Part shown: positions 63,847 through 64,000 of the stretch, in pieces | How positions within the stretch are numbered: the stretch's first letter is position 1 | Layout of the letters: each line of letters starts with the position of its first letter | From: a virus | IMG/VR virus record: IMGVR_UViG_3300003322_000872 | Coordinates: 612-64,611 of that record | Strand: one strand, 5' to 3' | Length of the DNA: 64,000 bases | Made by a program: the position numbers and the translations under genes | The notes under the pieces: generated by a model | Database searches by the model: none | Told to the model about the DNA's origin: nothing | What the model saw: only the letters and a program-made list of their open reading frames with translations

Positions 63847-64000
63847 TCGCAACCGGCCCCCGTTAGGGGGCCACCAATCTCAAGAGCTGGAGAAAGATCA
63901 TGTCTCAACCTTCTGAAACAAAATCCTATATGCTGTTTGCCAACAATGCAGTTGAATCCAAAAGTCTTAGTATTCTACTACCTCAAGACAATCCTCTAGA

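Overview
This window is 64 kb of a tailed dsDNA phage with a siphovirus-type gene set. No integrase or lysis genes are visible, and the host is plausibly an alphaproteobacterium (inference only). Layout: (i) 1-24.1 kb, minus strand: virion module from terminase to a >1975-aa tail-tip protein that runs off the left edge and is missing from the ORF track; (ii) 24.8-42.8 kb, plus strand: small accessory/early genes driven by a repeated sigma70-like promoter cassette; (iii) 42.8-62.8 kb, mostly minus strand: nuclease, a displaced GH26 virion-like cassette, class II RNR, exonuclease, PolA and a ~8.6 kb thymidine-hypermodification cluster (dUMP hydroxymethylase-like TS, two aGPT-Pplase/AA:DNA-transferase paralogues, a GREB1/TAGT-like glycosyltransferase and a kinase + HAD + nucleotidyltransferase trio); (iv) from 62.9 kb, plus strand: further early genes. 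The most striking observation is an ~830-nt non-coding locus (60.44-61.27 kb, minus strand). There a textbook hammerhead ribozyme would cleave exactly at the 5' end of a YrlA-type, tRNA-mimicking Y RNA whose closed acceptor loop is GCCA. It is followed by a CCA-terminated structured element and a second Y RNA with the same Ro60-binding-type stem. No Ro60 gene is present in the window. Other highlights are four identical-loop hairpins in the capsid mRNA leader, a tRNA-like gene with a 20-nt anticodon loop, a CUA-anticodon tRNA and a three-copy paralogous domain. Family assignments come from motif recognition by eye; no database searches were run.
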